Source: a virus (taxonomy: Duplodnaviria; Caudoviricetes). Taken from it: a stretch of DNA of 47,495 nt. The notes under the pieces were generated by a model. The model was not told the DNA's origin. It made no database searches and saw only the letters and a list, made by a program, of their open reading frames with translations. The stretch is taken from the IMG/VR virus record IMGVR_UViG_3300017705_001252, positions 1 through 47,495 of that record. One strand, given 5' to 3'. Every line of letters begins with the position of its first letter. Within the stretch, counting starts at the first letter, position 1. Positions 1-9,109 of this stretch are shown here, piece by piece. Position numbers and translations under genes: made by a program.

Positions 1-1254
1 ATGGCAACAAGAAAATTAACAGATCCATTTATTCGAAACCTGAAAGTTGAATCTAGAACAGAAGTATTCGATAAAGACACTTCAGGATTAGCGCTAAGAG
101 TAACACCTACGGGTTACAAGAGTTTCTTTTATCGGTATAGATTCGGAGGTAAGATCAAGAGATTTACAATAGGTAAATATGAGCCTCCTACTTTAACTTT
201 AGCGACGGCCAGAGATAAAGCCAGAGAATTAAGAGTACAAGTATCAAATGGTCAAGATCCACAAGGGGAAAAACAACGTAGTAAATTCCAAGAACAACCA
301 AAGACAGTTAGTGAGTTAGTATCAATTTTTAAGGAGGATTATGTTAAGCAAAATTTGAAGTCATCGACTCAAAAAACATATACATCTCGCCTTAATAAGA
401 TTGAGAAAAAATTTGGTAGAGTTTCAATTGAAGAAGTGAATAGAAATGATGTAAAGCGATATCTTAAAAATCTAGCTGAATCACAACCATATAATGCGAA
501 TAGGATTCAATCAATCCTATCAAAGATGTATAGCTTTGCCATTAAGGAGGGGTATACTCAGAATCATCCTATTAAGAAGTTGGAAAAATTTGGCAAAGAA
601 AAAAGTAGAGAGCCAAATTACAATAGTAATGAGATAAAAAATATTTGGGATGCTTTTGAAACAGAAGAGCTTGTAGTACAAAGCGTACTTAAGATGCTGC
701 TAATTTGTGGACAACGGCTCGGCGAAACTTCTAGGATGAAATGGAGCGATATTGATACTGAAAGAGCGTTATGGATCATTCCCGAAGTAGAGACAAAGGG
801 AGGTAAGTCACATGTAGTTCCTCTTTCTAATTTAGCTATAAAAGTACTTGAAGGTCTTCATAGTATAACAGGTGGAAAGGAATATGTATTTAACTCAAGC
901 AAGAATGATGGCAACCCTTTGGTACATTTTGATTCTGTGGTTAAGAGAATTAGGAAGACTACAGGTTTAAGTGAACTTAAATTACATGATCTGAGACATA
1001 TAGTAATTACCGGTATGATTAGCTTAGGAATTGACTTTGTACATGTTGGAAAGACTGTAGCTCATAAAGGATTAGGGAAAGAGTTTATTATCACAAATAG
1101 ATATGCCCACTATGAATATTTAGAAGAAAAGAAGAGAGCATTACAACTTTGGAGCACTCATCTAAACGGAATTATAATTGGTGAAATGGACACGAAAATT
1201 TTTAAGATTGGTAGTAATTATAAGGGGGGTGATGGTATGAGAATTAATTGTTAA
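1..1254 (+). CDS. int: Tyrosine integrase (N-terminal arm-binding domain); last 11 codons come from the inserted prophage
   Basis: GLALRVTPTGYKSF arm-binding motif; catalytic R(GQRLGE)-K-HDLR-H-Y(NRY). In the empty site the gene ends ...KIGSN-TAA (406 aa). Confidence 0.95.
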   Translation: MATRKLTDPFIRNLKVESRTEVFDKDTSGLALRVTPTGYKSFFYRYRFGGKIKRFTIGKYEPPTLTLATARDKARELRVQVSNGQDPQGEKQRSKFQEQPKTVSELVSIFKEDYVKQNLKSSTQKTYTSRLNKIEKKFGRVSIEEVNRNDVKRYLKNLAESQPYNANRIQSILSKMYSFAIKEGYTQNHPIKKLEKFGKEKSREPNYNSNEIKNIWDAFETEELVVQSVLKMLLICGQRLGETSRMKWSDIDTERALWIIPEVETKGGKSHVVPLSNLAIKVLEGLHSITGGKEYVFNSSKNDGNPLVHFDSVVKRIRKTTGLSELKLHDLRHIVITGMISLGIDFVHVGKTVAHKGLGKEFIITNRYAHYEYLEEKKRALQLWSTHLNGIIIGEMDTKIFKIGSNYKGGDGMRINC

Positions 1255-1382
1255 AGGTAAAATGATCCCCAAAAAGCCTCTCTAGGTATAAATAAAGCCG
1301 AATATAGCCCAAAAGCCTACTTTGAGAATTTCTTCAGCAATTTCAGCATTTCTTCAGTCAATTGCACAATGGTTTGAGAAAA
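1219..1382 (+). repeat. Prophage left end with putative transposase-binding sites
   Basis: ATGGTATGAGAA (1232-1243), TTTGAGAA (1321-1328), ATGGTTTGAGAAAA (1369-1382); the last is the exact reverse complement of 37708-37721. Confidence 0.85.
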
Positions 1383-1478
1383 AAGAGAGCTTCGAAAAAA
1401 ACTTTAACTTTTTTTGTAAGGAATTGCTTACTTAACTGTCTAACTACAATAAAGTAGCTAAACTTAAATTATACAGTT

Positions 1479-1577
1479 ATGAATTCATTTAAATTACGAC
1501 ACGCAAACCTTGCTCCTGGACCAGATGATGATGAAGAAGATCCAGATGATAAGAATCCACCAACTGGAGGTAATTAA
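1479..1577 (+). CDS. Small acidic Pro-rich peptide, 32 aa (MNSFKLRHANLAPGPDDDEEDPDDKNPPTGGN)
   Basis: ATG 1479 after an A/T-rich leader; TAA 1575-1577, 4 nt before the next ATG; below the ORF-track cutoff. Confidence 0.65.
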   Translation: MNSFKLRHANLAPGPDDDEEDPDDKNPPTGGN

Positions 1578-1581
1578 CAGT

Positions 1582-2706
1582 ATGCAGATCCTTATTGTAA
1601 TAGCTTTTATTTTTCAAATGCAATCCAGTGAGGATCTGCACTCTTTAATTAATGAGGTTCGATCTATTCATAATTCGGGTGAATATTCTTCAGCTCTGTA
1701 TGAGTATGAAACAAAGATAGAGCCTTTATTATCTGAAGCCCCATTAAACCTGAGAATAAACGCCCAGCTACTTGAAGTACTGATAAACCGGAAACTTGGT
1801 AACACTACTGAGGCTTTAAATAATGTTACTAACCTGATCGAACATATCCCAGACAGCTTACCAGTTCATAAAATGCAGGCACTCTCTCACCAGGCGAATC
1901 TTTATTACGATGATTTGAAATTCCTGAAGTATTTTGAAACCCTGGACAAATTATATGACTATGCCAAAGCCCGGGGAGATGGAAATAGGATGAGCAGAGC
2001 GATCGGGAATATGTATTACTATTTCGATCAAACTAATGAGACGGATAGTTTAGAGACATATTTGAAACTACTCGAAAGTCACTTAATGGAATATCCCAGC
2101 AGAAAAAATGAAATAAGGTTCGAAATTTTAACAGGCCGTTACAGAAGAGATTATCTTCAAAAAAACCAATCTGCTTTAATCCATTTTGCCAATGCCAGAG
2201 ATCTAATAGATCCTGAAAATGAATACAGCTGGTATGAAACGGTGATTTATGAACGTGTAATTACTTGGTTATCCGATGGAAATCTGGTAAAAGCCGAGGA
2301 AGAATTAAAATCCTTGCTTGCCCTTCCCGGGACAAATCAAAACCCTAACGCATTATATGTAGCATATTCCAACATGGTGAGGCTTTATATGCTAAAAGGT
2401 GAGATCGAGCTTTCTGAGCAATATTTCGAGCTAATGAAATTGATCCCGGAGGATAATCTAAACTATTTATCTATTGAGGCCGGTGTATTTGCAAAAATAG
2501 CTCTTAAAGGCAATGGTAATGCCTGGGATACTGATCCTGTATTTAAGAATTACAAAAAGTCCGGACTTAGTGAAGCTGATTTGATCGGGATATTACTGGC
2601 AGTTTCAATGCTGTTTTACGGCGCTTTAATAATCTATAAAAGATGGTTTAAAGCCCGTTCTAATTCTGTTCTAAGCGATTCTTTGCGTTGGTCGCTTGTT
2701 GAATGA
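1582..2706 (+). CDS. TPR-like helical-repeat protein with hydrophobic N-terminus and C-terminal TM anchor (374 aa)
   Basis: ATG 1582 preferred over TTG 1510; MQILIVIAFIF leader; TPR-like repeats (GNTTEAL, GNLVKAEEEL, GEIELSEQYF); TM LIGILLAVSMLFYGALIIY followed by KRWFKAR. Confidence 0.8.
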   Translation: MQILIVIAFIFQMQSSEDLHSLINEVRSIHNSGEYSSALYEYETKIEPLLSEAPLNLRINAQLLEVLINRKLGNTTEALNNVTNLIEHIPDSLPVHKMQALSHQANLYYDDLKFLKYFETLDKLYDYAKARGDGNRMSRAIGNMYYYFDQTNETDSLETYLKLLESHLMEYPSRKNEIRFEILTGRYRRDYLQKNQSALIHFANARDLIDPENEYSWYETVIYERVITWLSDGNLVKAEEELKSLLALPGTNQNPNALYVAYSNMVRLYMLKGEIELSEQYFELMKLIPEDNLNYLSIEAGVFAKIALKGNGNAWDTDPVFKNYKKSGLSEADLIGILLAVSMLFYGALIIYKRWFKARSNSVLSDSLRWSLVE

Positions 2707-3178
2707 TTATATCCATCATTTTGTGCAGCACTTCCTTCTTTTGAGATTCCGGTAAGTGAACCCCCTCCTTTTGCCAGGCTAATTCAAAATCTTTAATTAT
2801 ATAGGACATCATTTTCACCGGGCTATTATATACTTCAGGGTTTAATTGGCTTAGTTTAAGCTCTTTAGGAGCTGATTTAGCAATTTCATCAATTCCCTTC
2901 TCTCCATATTTCTCTATATCTGCATTCGTAAACGAGATAACACCGGCTTCCTGAATATCAGATATTCTCATAGGAGGTATTCCTAATAAAATCCAATTAG
3001 CGTTTATATCAATTTCGACTAAACGTTTAAGAACTTTAACTCCTGGTATGCGATCACCTTGAAAATATTTATTCATGGCTTGCGGACTCATCCCCATTAC
3101 ACGAGCCATTTCGCTCTGATTACCTTTAAAAAGCTCATCTGATACCTTTTTTAACCTATCTGCTGTAGTGTCGCTCAA
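2660..3178 (-). CDS. CI-like prophage repressor (XRE HTH)
   Basis: NQSEMARVMGMSPQAMNKY HTH and INANWILLG motif; divergent from the cro/ner-like gene; no S24 peptidase domain seen. Confidence 0.85.
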   Translation of the reverse strand: MSDTTADRLKKVSDELFKGNQSEMARVMGMSPQAMNKYFQGDRIPGVKVLKRLVEIDINANWILLGIPPMRISDIQEAGVISFTNADIEKYGEKGIDEIAKSAPKELKLSQLNPEVYNSPVKMMSYIIKDFELAWQKEGVHLPESQKKEVLHKMMDIIIQQATNAKNRLEQN

Positions 3179-3212
3179 TAATACTATTGTTTAAATTTAT
3201 GAGACTAATGTC

Positions 3213-3241
3213 TTGACATGTAATCCCTTTTGTATTATAAT
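3213..3241 (+). promoter_or_regulatory. Early lytic promoter, perfect sigma70 consensus
   Basis: TTGACA (3213-3218), 17-bp spacer, TATAAT (3236-3241). Confidence 0.9.
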
Positions 3242-3288
3242 ACGTTCGTATTAAAAACTTTACAACTTAAAATTTAAGATAGGAAAAA

Positions 3289-3507
3289 ATGAAGAATATC
3301 AAACACCATCTTGAGGTTGCCTTATCTGTAAAAAGGATCAGCTGTAAAAAATTAGCTGAGGAATGGGGAGTAACTGATACTCATATATGGAATGTAGCTC
3401 GTGGCTTTACAAGGTCAAAAAAAATCAGAGCAAAAATTGTGAGCTATATAATTGATGCTCAAGATTCGAACCCTCTTTCAGAACTTCCTTCAGAAATAGC
3501 AGCTTAA
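3289..3507 (+). CDS. Cro/Ner-like HTH regulator
   Basis: 72 aa, KKLAEEWGVTDTHIWNVARG HTH; first gene of the early operon. Confidence 0.8.
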   Translation: MKNIKHHLEVALSVKRISCKKLAEEWGVTDTHIWNVARGFTRSKKIRAKIVSYIIDAQDSNPLSELPSEIAA

Positions 3508-3509
3508 TT

Positions 3510-3539
3510 AGTTCCAATAAGAAAATTCTTATTGGAACT
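3510..3539. repeat. Perfect 14-bp inverted repeat upstream of the transposase
   Basis: AGTTCCAATAAGAA-aa-TTCTTATTGGAACT. Confidence 0.8.
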
Positions 3540-3586
3540 CTGTTGGAACCGAATAAAACATTTAAACGCAACTCTTATTCAACTTA

Positions 3587-5566
3587 ATGGAACCAGAAAA
3601 CACAAAAGAATTCGTTGATAAAGTCACATTGTCGGAAGCAATTGGGATTTCACGGCGTGCGATTCAAAAGTGGATTGATGAAGGAAAAATTGAAGCTGAA
3701 TATTTAAAAAGAGTACCACATAAAGGACCAGGTGGAGAGAAAGTTTTAATAAGTCCTATGGGGATCAAAGAACCATATAGATCTCTATATATAAGAAAGC
3801 ATTTCAAAAGAGATTCCAACCAAGTTCAGCAAGCTATTGATGCTGAGATTTACATGAAAGCCCCTAAATATGCGAAGGAATATGTGAATTTATGGATCAA
3901 CCTAATTAAGCAATTTGGACACTTGGGAGGAAAAGAGCTGAAATGTGCTATTAAAGCGTACAAGCAAGCAAATCCTGATGACAAAGTTAGCTGGCAGACT
4001 TTTTATCGCAATAAGAAGAAGTATGAAGAGGAAGGAATTGCAGGGTTACTTCCTAATTATGGGAACCGGAAAGGATGTTCCAAAACGGAAGATGAAAATT
4101 ATAAACTATTTGAAGCCCTGTATTTAAAAGAAAGCCGACCGAGTGCCACAAGTTGTTGGAGTATAGTTCGGGGTGAGGCTTATAAGAAAGGCCAGGATGT
4201 GAAAGATTTTCCGGATTACCGAACCTTTTTATACAGACTGGAACGAGAGAATACGGAAAGCCACATTTACTTCTGCAGATATGGAGAAGAAGCCTGGAAT
4301 AAAAAGTTTGCTGATTATGTAGATCGAGACAAATCAAATATTGCTGCAGGTAGTTGCTGGGTGGGTGATCACCGGCAATTGGATATTTTTTGCAAGAATC
4401 CCGAAACCGGTAACATCTTCCGACCTTGGGCAACCGCTTGGTTCGATTTTAAAAGCAATAAATGGATGAGTGTGTATCTGCATGAAGATGCACCAAACTC
4501 TGATCACATCTTCCAAAGCTTTAAATGGGGAGTTGAACGCCACGGTAGGCCTGAAAGCATTTATATAGATAATGGTAAGGATTACCGAAGCTTGGATTTT
4601 GCCGGTGGCCGAAAGAATATAAAAGTAGAAGTTGAGGAAGCTTCAGCCAGATCACTGGTTAACTTTATGGACATTGACGCCTTCTTTTCACTGCCCTACA
4701 ACGCCCAAAGTAAGAATATAGAGCGTGGTTTTAAGGAGTTCATAAACAACTATGAAACTCATTTAGATGGGTATACCGGTTCGGGACCAAAAACCCGACC
4801 GACTGACACTAATTCCATGCTTAAGAAAGGTGAGGCAATAGATTTCCCAACTTTTGAAAAACTCTTTGAACGCTTTGTATTCAATGTAATGAATAAAAAA
4901 GCCTCTGATGGAAAAGAGCTTCAGGGTAAATCACCCGATGAATTATTCTACGCTGAGCATACCAAAATAGCAGTCAGACCGGAAGCTTTACGCATGTTAT
5001 GCATGAGAACATCCCGACCGGTTACCATTCGTAGAAATGGAGTTAAGGACGGACAACTTAAAAAGCATTATTACGCTGAATGGATGGTCGGATTTAAAGG
5101 CGTGAAAGTGTACATGCGCAGAGATCCTAAAGCCTACCAAGAAGCGTGGGTATTTCATGCTGAAACGGATGAATTTTTAGGAACCGCACAAATGAGCGAG
5201 CGCATTGCCGGATTAGCAGATACCGATATAGAGAAGCAAAAGCTTAAAGATCTGCAAGCTCGCAAAAACCGTGAAATGAAATTAAACAGACAGGCCAGAG
5301 ACGCTCGAAGAGAACATTATTTAGATGCGGAAGAGACGCTGGAGGCTCTGGAAGCAGACGCTGAATTAGAAACTGAAATCAGAAAAGCGTCAGGCGATTT
5401 TTGGGATTACAACGAGAGCTCACCAGTGATAGAAATGGACACCAATAAAATGGATGAAGTAATTCGCCAGGACGAGAAAATGAAGAGAACCGGTACTGAA
5501 GATTTAAGTGCTTTTGAGCCTGCAGAAACTAAGAAATCACCCCTGAAGACTATTTGGGATGATTAG
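3587..5566 (+). CDS. Mu-like DDE transposase (MuA)
   Basis: N-terminal HTH; WVGDH / IYIDNGKDY / SKNIERGF DDE triad; Mu transposase C-terminal RRDP..Q.AWVF motif. Confidence 0.93.
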   Translation: MEPENTKEFVDKVTLSEAIGISRRAIQKWIDEGKIEAEYLKRVPHKGPGGEKVLISPMGIKEPYRSLYIRKHFKRDSNQVQQAIDAEIYMKAPKYAKEYVNLWINLIKQFGHLGGKELKCAIKAYKQANPDDKVSWQTFYRNKKKYEEEGIAGLLPNYGNRKGCSKTEDENYKLFEALYLKESRPSATSCWSIVRGEAYKKGQDVKDFPDYRTFLYRLERENTESHIYFCRYGEEAWNKKFADYVDRDKSNIAAGSCWVGDHRQLDIFCKNPETGNIFRPWATAWFDFKSNKWMSVYLHEDAPNSDHIFQSFKWGVERHGRPESIYIDNGKDYRSLDFAGGRKNIKVEVEEASARSLVNFMDIDAFFSLPYNAQSKNIERGFKEFINNYETHLDGYTGSGPKTRPTDTNSMLKKGEAIDFPTFEKLFERFVFNVMNKKASDGKELQGKSPDELFYAEHTKIAVRPEALRMLCMRTSRPVTIRRNGVKDGQLKKHYYAEWMVGFKGVKVYMRRDPKAYQEAWVFHAETDEFLGTAQMSERIAGLADTDIEKQKLKDLQARKNREMKLNRQARDARREHYLDAEETLEALEADAELETEIRKASGDFWDYNESSPVIEMDTNKMDEVIRQDEKMKRTGTEDLSAFEPAETKKSPLKTIWDD

Positions 5567-5590
5567 TAACAATAACCAACACTGATACCG

Positions 5591-6040
5591 ATGAAAGATT
5601 ACACCATGAACAAAGACAAACTGAAGGAAATAGGCGCTTATTTATTTGGCGTGTATGAAAATAAGAAGTGGGAAACCGATGGTTTTAATAGCATGAATCA
5701 CTTTATCCGGTTTATTGCGGAAGCTTTTTGCAAGCAAAAGAATCTACCCATTGAAGATGTATATGCTGAGATGGTTAAAGCTTTTGAAAGTGAGAAAAAG
5801 CTTCATGAGATAGAAGCCGAGGTTGAAGAGTCAATTGAATTTGAAAAGAAGCTTTCTGACTACAGAAAAGACACTTTAACTGCTTTTCTGTCAAGTTGGT
5901 TTTCAAAAGAAGATCATGAAATAACCCTTCAACTACTTAATGGAATTGAAGGATGCTTAATTGCTGAAGACTATAAAAATAAAGCCGGCGCTGAGGTTAC
6001 CACACAACAACAGCCGGCTTCTAACCTGATGAGTAAATAA
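5591..6040 (+). CDS. Hypothetical protein between MuA and MuB
   Basis: 149-aa ORF in operon. Confidence 0.7.
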   Translation: MKDYTMNKDKLKEIGAYLFGVYENKKWETDGFNSMNHFIRFIAEAFCKQKNLPIEDVYAEMVKAFESEKKLHEIEAEVEESIEFEKKLSDYRKDTLTAFLSSWFSKEDHEITLQLLNGIEGCLIAEDYKNKAGAEVTTQQQPASNLMSK

Positions 6041-6053
6041 ACCCACCAAATCA

Positions 6054-6986
6054 ATGAAAAAACAAGATAAGTATATATCACTACAACGAGAAGCGCTTAA
6101 TGAATATCTAGAGCAAGCTTCAAAAGATCCTGATTCTAGGATTAGCGCAAATGCTGTAGGAAGGAACATTGGAGTAAGCCCAACGGTGATTTCCCAATTC
6201 GTAAACAATAAATATCCCGGAAAAAATTTACCGATCGCACAGAAGATTGAGGCTTTTTTAATCCGGGAAAAAGATCGAAAGAATCATAAAGAGATCTTCC
6301 CGGAAATATTGCTCACTAAGAATGTGAAACGATATGTAACAGTAGCCAAAATTTGCCACGCTGAAGGTGAAATTGGAGTAGTTACAGGAGAAGCCGGAGT
6401 TAGCAAAACCTGTGGTGCCAAATATTACGAACAGCAGAACCCGGGATCGGTAATTCTTATTGAAGTAGCTGTTGGAATGACCAGCAAAGTTCTTGCCTCT
6501 GAGATCCATAAAAAATGTGGTTTTGACGGAGCCGGAACATTGTATCAAATGTTTCTGGACATAATTGAGAAGCTTAAAAATACGAACCGGTTGATTGCGA
6601 TCGATGAAGCTGAGAATCTTCCAACTTCCGGATTGGAGCTTGCAAGGCGAATAAATGATATGGCACATGTTGGTGTGGTTCTAAGCGGCCTGCCACGGCT
6701 ACTTACCAATTTAAGAGGCTTAAAAGGCGAGTTTAAACAGCTTTCTTCCCGGATAGCAATTAAAGCCGAATTAAAAGATCAGACTGAGGAAGATTTTAGG
6801 CTGCTCATACAAACCGCAATTCCCGGAAGCAATGGTTTGTACCTGAAGTTTTACGACCGAACTCAAAACGCCCGAGAGCTGAGTAAGGTACTTAAGCGAT
6901 ATAAGCAACTGGCGCAATTAAATGCCGACATAGAGAAATCGGATGAAGATCTGATTGACGAAGCAATAAACATAGTACTCATATAA
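6054..6986 (+). CDS. MuB-like AAA+ transposition ATPase
   Basis: N-terminal HTH, Walker A GEAGVSKT, Walker B IAIDEAE, QLSSRI arginine finger. Confidence 0.92.
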   Translation: MKKQDKYISLQREALNEYLEQASKDPDSRISANAVGRNIGVSPTVISQFVNNKYPGKNLPIAQKIEAFLIREKDRKNHKEIFPEILLTKNVKRYVTVAKICHAEGEIGVVTGEAGVSKTCGAKYYEQQNPGSVILIEVAVGMTSKVLASEIHKKCGFDGAGTLYQMFLDIIEKLKNTNRLIAIDEAENLPTSGLELARRINDMAHVGVVLSGLPRLLTNLRGLKGEFKQLSSRIAIKAELKDQTEEDFRLLIQTAIPGSNGLYLKFYDRTQNARELSKVLKRYKQLAQLNADIEKSDEDLIDEAINIVLI

Positions 6987-6997
6987 AGGAGAAGGTT

Positions 6998-7354
6998 ATG
7001 GAAAGTTCAATTTTAATATTTCTGGCAGCATCACTTACAATTCTTGTACTCGCGTTGCTTGCCTCTGCACTGGAGAAAACCCTGAGTAGTAGTTTAGGAG
7101 CTACTATTCAAAATGGGATTAATGACATGAAAGCAAATGCTGCTTTCAGAGATGCCTGGGACGGAGATCCTAACTCCATCCTTTATACCTGGCGAGGGCT
7201 GCTTTTTGATATGCAGAATATGCAGTACCCAAAAGAGGAAATTGAGGCTGTAAAACGCCAATTAAAGCACTTTGAACGATCACTAAAAAAACCACAAACC
7301 CTTGTTAATCGCAATGGAATGGTTAAAAAAACGATAATTGGAGGAGAAGCGTAA
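6998..7354 (+). CDS. Hypothetical protein with N-terminal TM/signal
   Basis: Hydrophobic N-terminus; SD-like AAGGAG upstream. Confidence 0.7.
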   Translation: MESSILIFLAASLTILVLALLASALEKTLSSSLGATIQNGINDMKANAAFRDAWDGDPNSILYTWRGLLFDMQNMQYPKEEIEAVKRQLKHFERSLKKPQTLVNRNGMVKKTIIGGEA

Positions 7355-7623
7355 TGGCTGATTTTGAAATTAAAGGAACCGTACCAAAAGAGAATATCCC
7401 TACTTCGAGAGGACAAGGAAGCAGAAAAGACTACTCTGCGCTGTTTGATAAGTTTGATCGGATAAGCGATGGAAACAGCATCCATTTAACTACCACCAAG
7501 AAGCACTTGGCAACCGGTATTAAAAAAGCATTCCATAAAAAATATGGAAAAGCCAAAGTAACGGTTACCCAGCGCACTCAAAAAGGAAAGGAGGAGCTCG
7601 ATGTCTACATCATCCGAAATTAA
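7354..7623 (+). CDS. Small basic hypothetical protein (possibly DNA-binding)
   Basis: TAATG-coupled; Lys-rich. Confidence 0.7.
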   Translation: MADFEIKGTVPKENIPTSRGQGSRKDYSALFDKFDRISDGNSIHLTTTKKHLATGIKKAFHKKYGKAKVTVTQRTQKGKEELDVYIIRN

Positions 7624-8008
7624 AGAACGCCAACTAACCTTCCAGCTTGCTGTAAGTGAAATCGAATTTAAGAACTGGGGCTTTTTTATTGAGCGGAAAG
7701 GCGAAGTGCTTTATCTGCAGATAAAATTCCTGGCTCCTGATACAGACTCCGGTAAAGCGAATTTGCAGATTCAGAGTGGCAGAAAGTGGATGCTGAGTGA
7801 ACACATGACCAAGAGTGAGCTTATACAAACAGCACTGAAAGCAGTTTTAACCGCTGAAGAGCACGAAGCCCGGGAACAATTTCTGTATAAGAATAAAGCT
7901 GTTTTTGCACCGCATTTTAATGTGGATGTACTTCATGATCTCGATGAGAACGAAGCTCATGAAACAAGAACACCAATCGAAAAAAAAGAAGCCAATGGCA
8001 CGATCTAG
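7601..8008 (+). CDS. Conserved phage hypothetical protein
   Basis: GRKW.LS.HM..SE..QTALKA....EEHE.RE.F.Y motif recalled from phage proteins. Confidence 0.75.
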   Translation: MSTSSEIKERQLTFQLAVSEIEFKNWGFFIERKGEVLYLQIKFLAPDTDSGKANLQIQSGRKWMLSEHMTKSELIQTALKAVLTAEEHEAREQFLYKNKAVFAPHFNVDVLHDLDENEAHETRTPIEKKEANGTI

Positions 8009-8516
8009 TAAACGAGTAAAACCGGTGGTAAATATGGTTCCGGTAAAAACCATTGAAGAAGCAGATAACTCTCTTAAAGAGATTGCTCTGCGTAAAATTG
8101 AACTGAAACGCATTGATGCTGATGCCCAGGAAGCCATTGATTTGGTGAAAGAAGAGGCTGCAAAAAAAGCGGAGAAGTTCAAGAAAGAGATCAAGGAATA
8201 CGAGGAAGGTATTGTGGCATATGCCCAAACGAACCAGAATGAGTTATTCCAGAAAAAGAAAACGGTTACGCTGACCTTTGGTGAGTTTGGCTTTAGAAAA
8301 AGCACTTCCATTTATGTGAAGTCGCACGAAGCTACTGTAAACATGCTAAAAAAGCTTGGCAAGAAAGATGCCATCATCCTTACAGAGAAAGCCAATAAAG
8401 ACATCCTATCTACTTACAGCGACAAAGAGCTGGAGGAAGTTCACTGCAAAAGAAAAGTGAAGGACAGCTTCTGGTATGAAATTGACGAGGAAGAAATAAC
8501 CAATAAACCCAATTAG
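7995..8516 (+). CDS. gam: Gam-like host-nuclease inhibitor
   Basis: Coiled coil followed by KKTVTLTFGEFGFRKS and F.YE motifs; start ATG 7995. Confidence 0.88.
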   Translation: MARSSKRVKPVVNMVPVKTIEEADNSLKEIALRKIELKRIDADAQEAIDLVKEEAAKKAEKFKKEIKEYEEGIVAYAQTNQNELFQKKKTVTLTFGEFGFRKSTSIYVKSHEATVNMLKKLGKKDAIILTEKANKDILSTYSDKELEEVHCKRKVKDSFWYEIDEEEITNKPN

Positions 8517-9109
8517 TGTTGAAGTCCCTGATCCGGAGTTTGAAAGTTCCGGATCTATTTAAAACCAAACCCGATAAGATGTACACAAGCAATAAAATTG
8601 TTGAAGATTTTAAGCGATTGATGAGGTTCATCTATAAAGATGAAAGCTGGAAAGAACTCCAGAAAACGAGCATGGTTCCACATGTAATGTACCGGCATAT
8701 AGTGCGCACATTGATTTATACTCAACGTGAATGCACGTTAAGCGAACTTGGAATAGCGGAAGGCACAGCCCTTGGAATTACAGCTCGGGATCACAGTACG
8801 ATACACAACAGCCTTAATATTGTAAATAGACAGCTAAACCAAACTTGGAAAGCTTTTTATAAACGACTCGCTTTCTACTATCAGCTCCATATCTCCCGGG
8901 AAGAATCGAAAGAGAAAAAAGGACTGATCGAAAAAACCAAGGAACTGTTGAAAAACAGCCCGGAAATGAACGCTTTTATTCTGGCCAAAGTAAGCATGGC
9001 TTTTATGATAGATCCTGAAATGGAGAAGCTGTGGAAGGATTCAACCAAAGAGATAGAAGTTTCTCAGGATTTTTTAACTCAATTATTAAACGAACCGGAG
9101 ACAACCTGA
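8516..9109 (+). CDS. Protein with DnaA domain IV-like HTH
   Basis: TLSELG...RDHSTIHNS resembles the DnaA C-terminal SL.EIG..FGGRDHSTV motif. Confidence 0.6.
   Translation: MLKSLIRSLKVPDLFKTKPDKMYTSNKIVEDFKRLMRFIYKDESWKELQKTSMVPHVMYRHIVRTLIYTQRECTLSELGIAEGTALGITARDHSTIHNSLNIVNRQLNQTWKAFYKRLAFYYQLHISREESKEKKGLIEKTKELLKNSPEMNAFILAKVSMAFMIDPEMEKLWKDSTKEIEVSQDFLTQLLNEPETT

Noticed and set aside
1330-1362. TTCAG repeats near the left end as a pac or activator site
   Set aside because: They resemble half of the late-promoter palindrome but are too short and irregular to support a call.
1510-1581. TTG-start N-terminal extension of the TPR protein
   Set aside because: It is the off-frame reading of the acidic sORF; ATG 1582 places the hydrophobic leader at the N-terminus.
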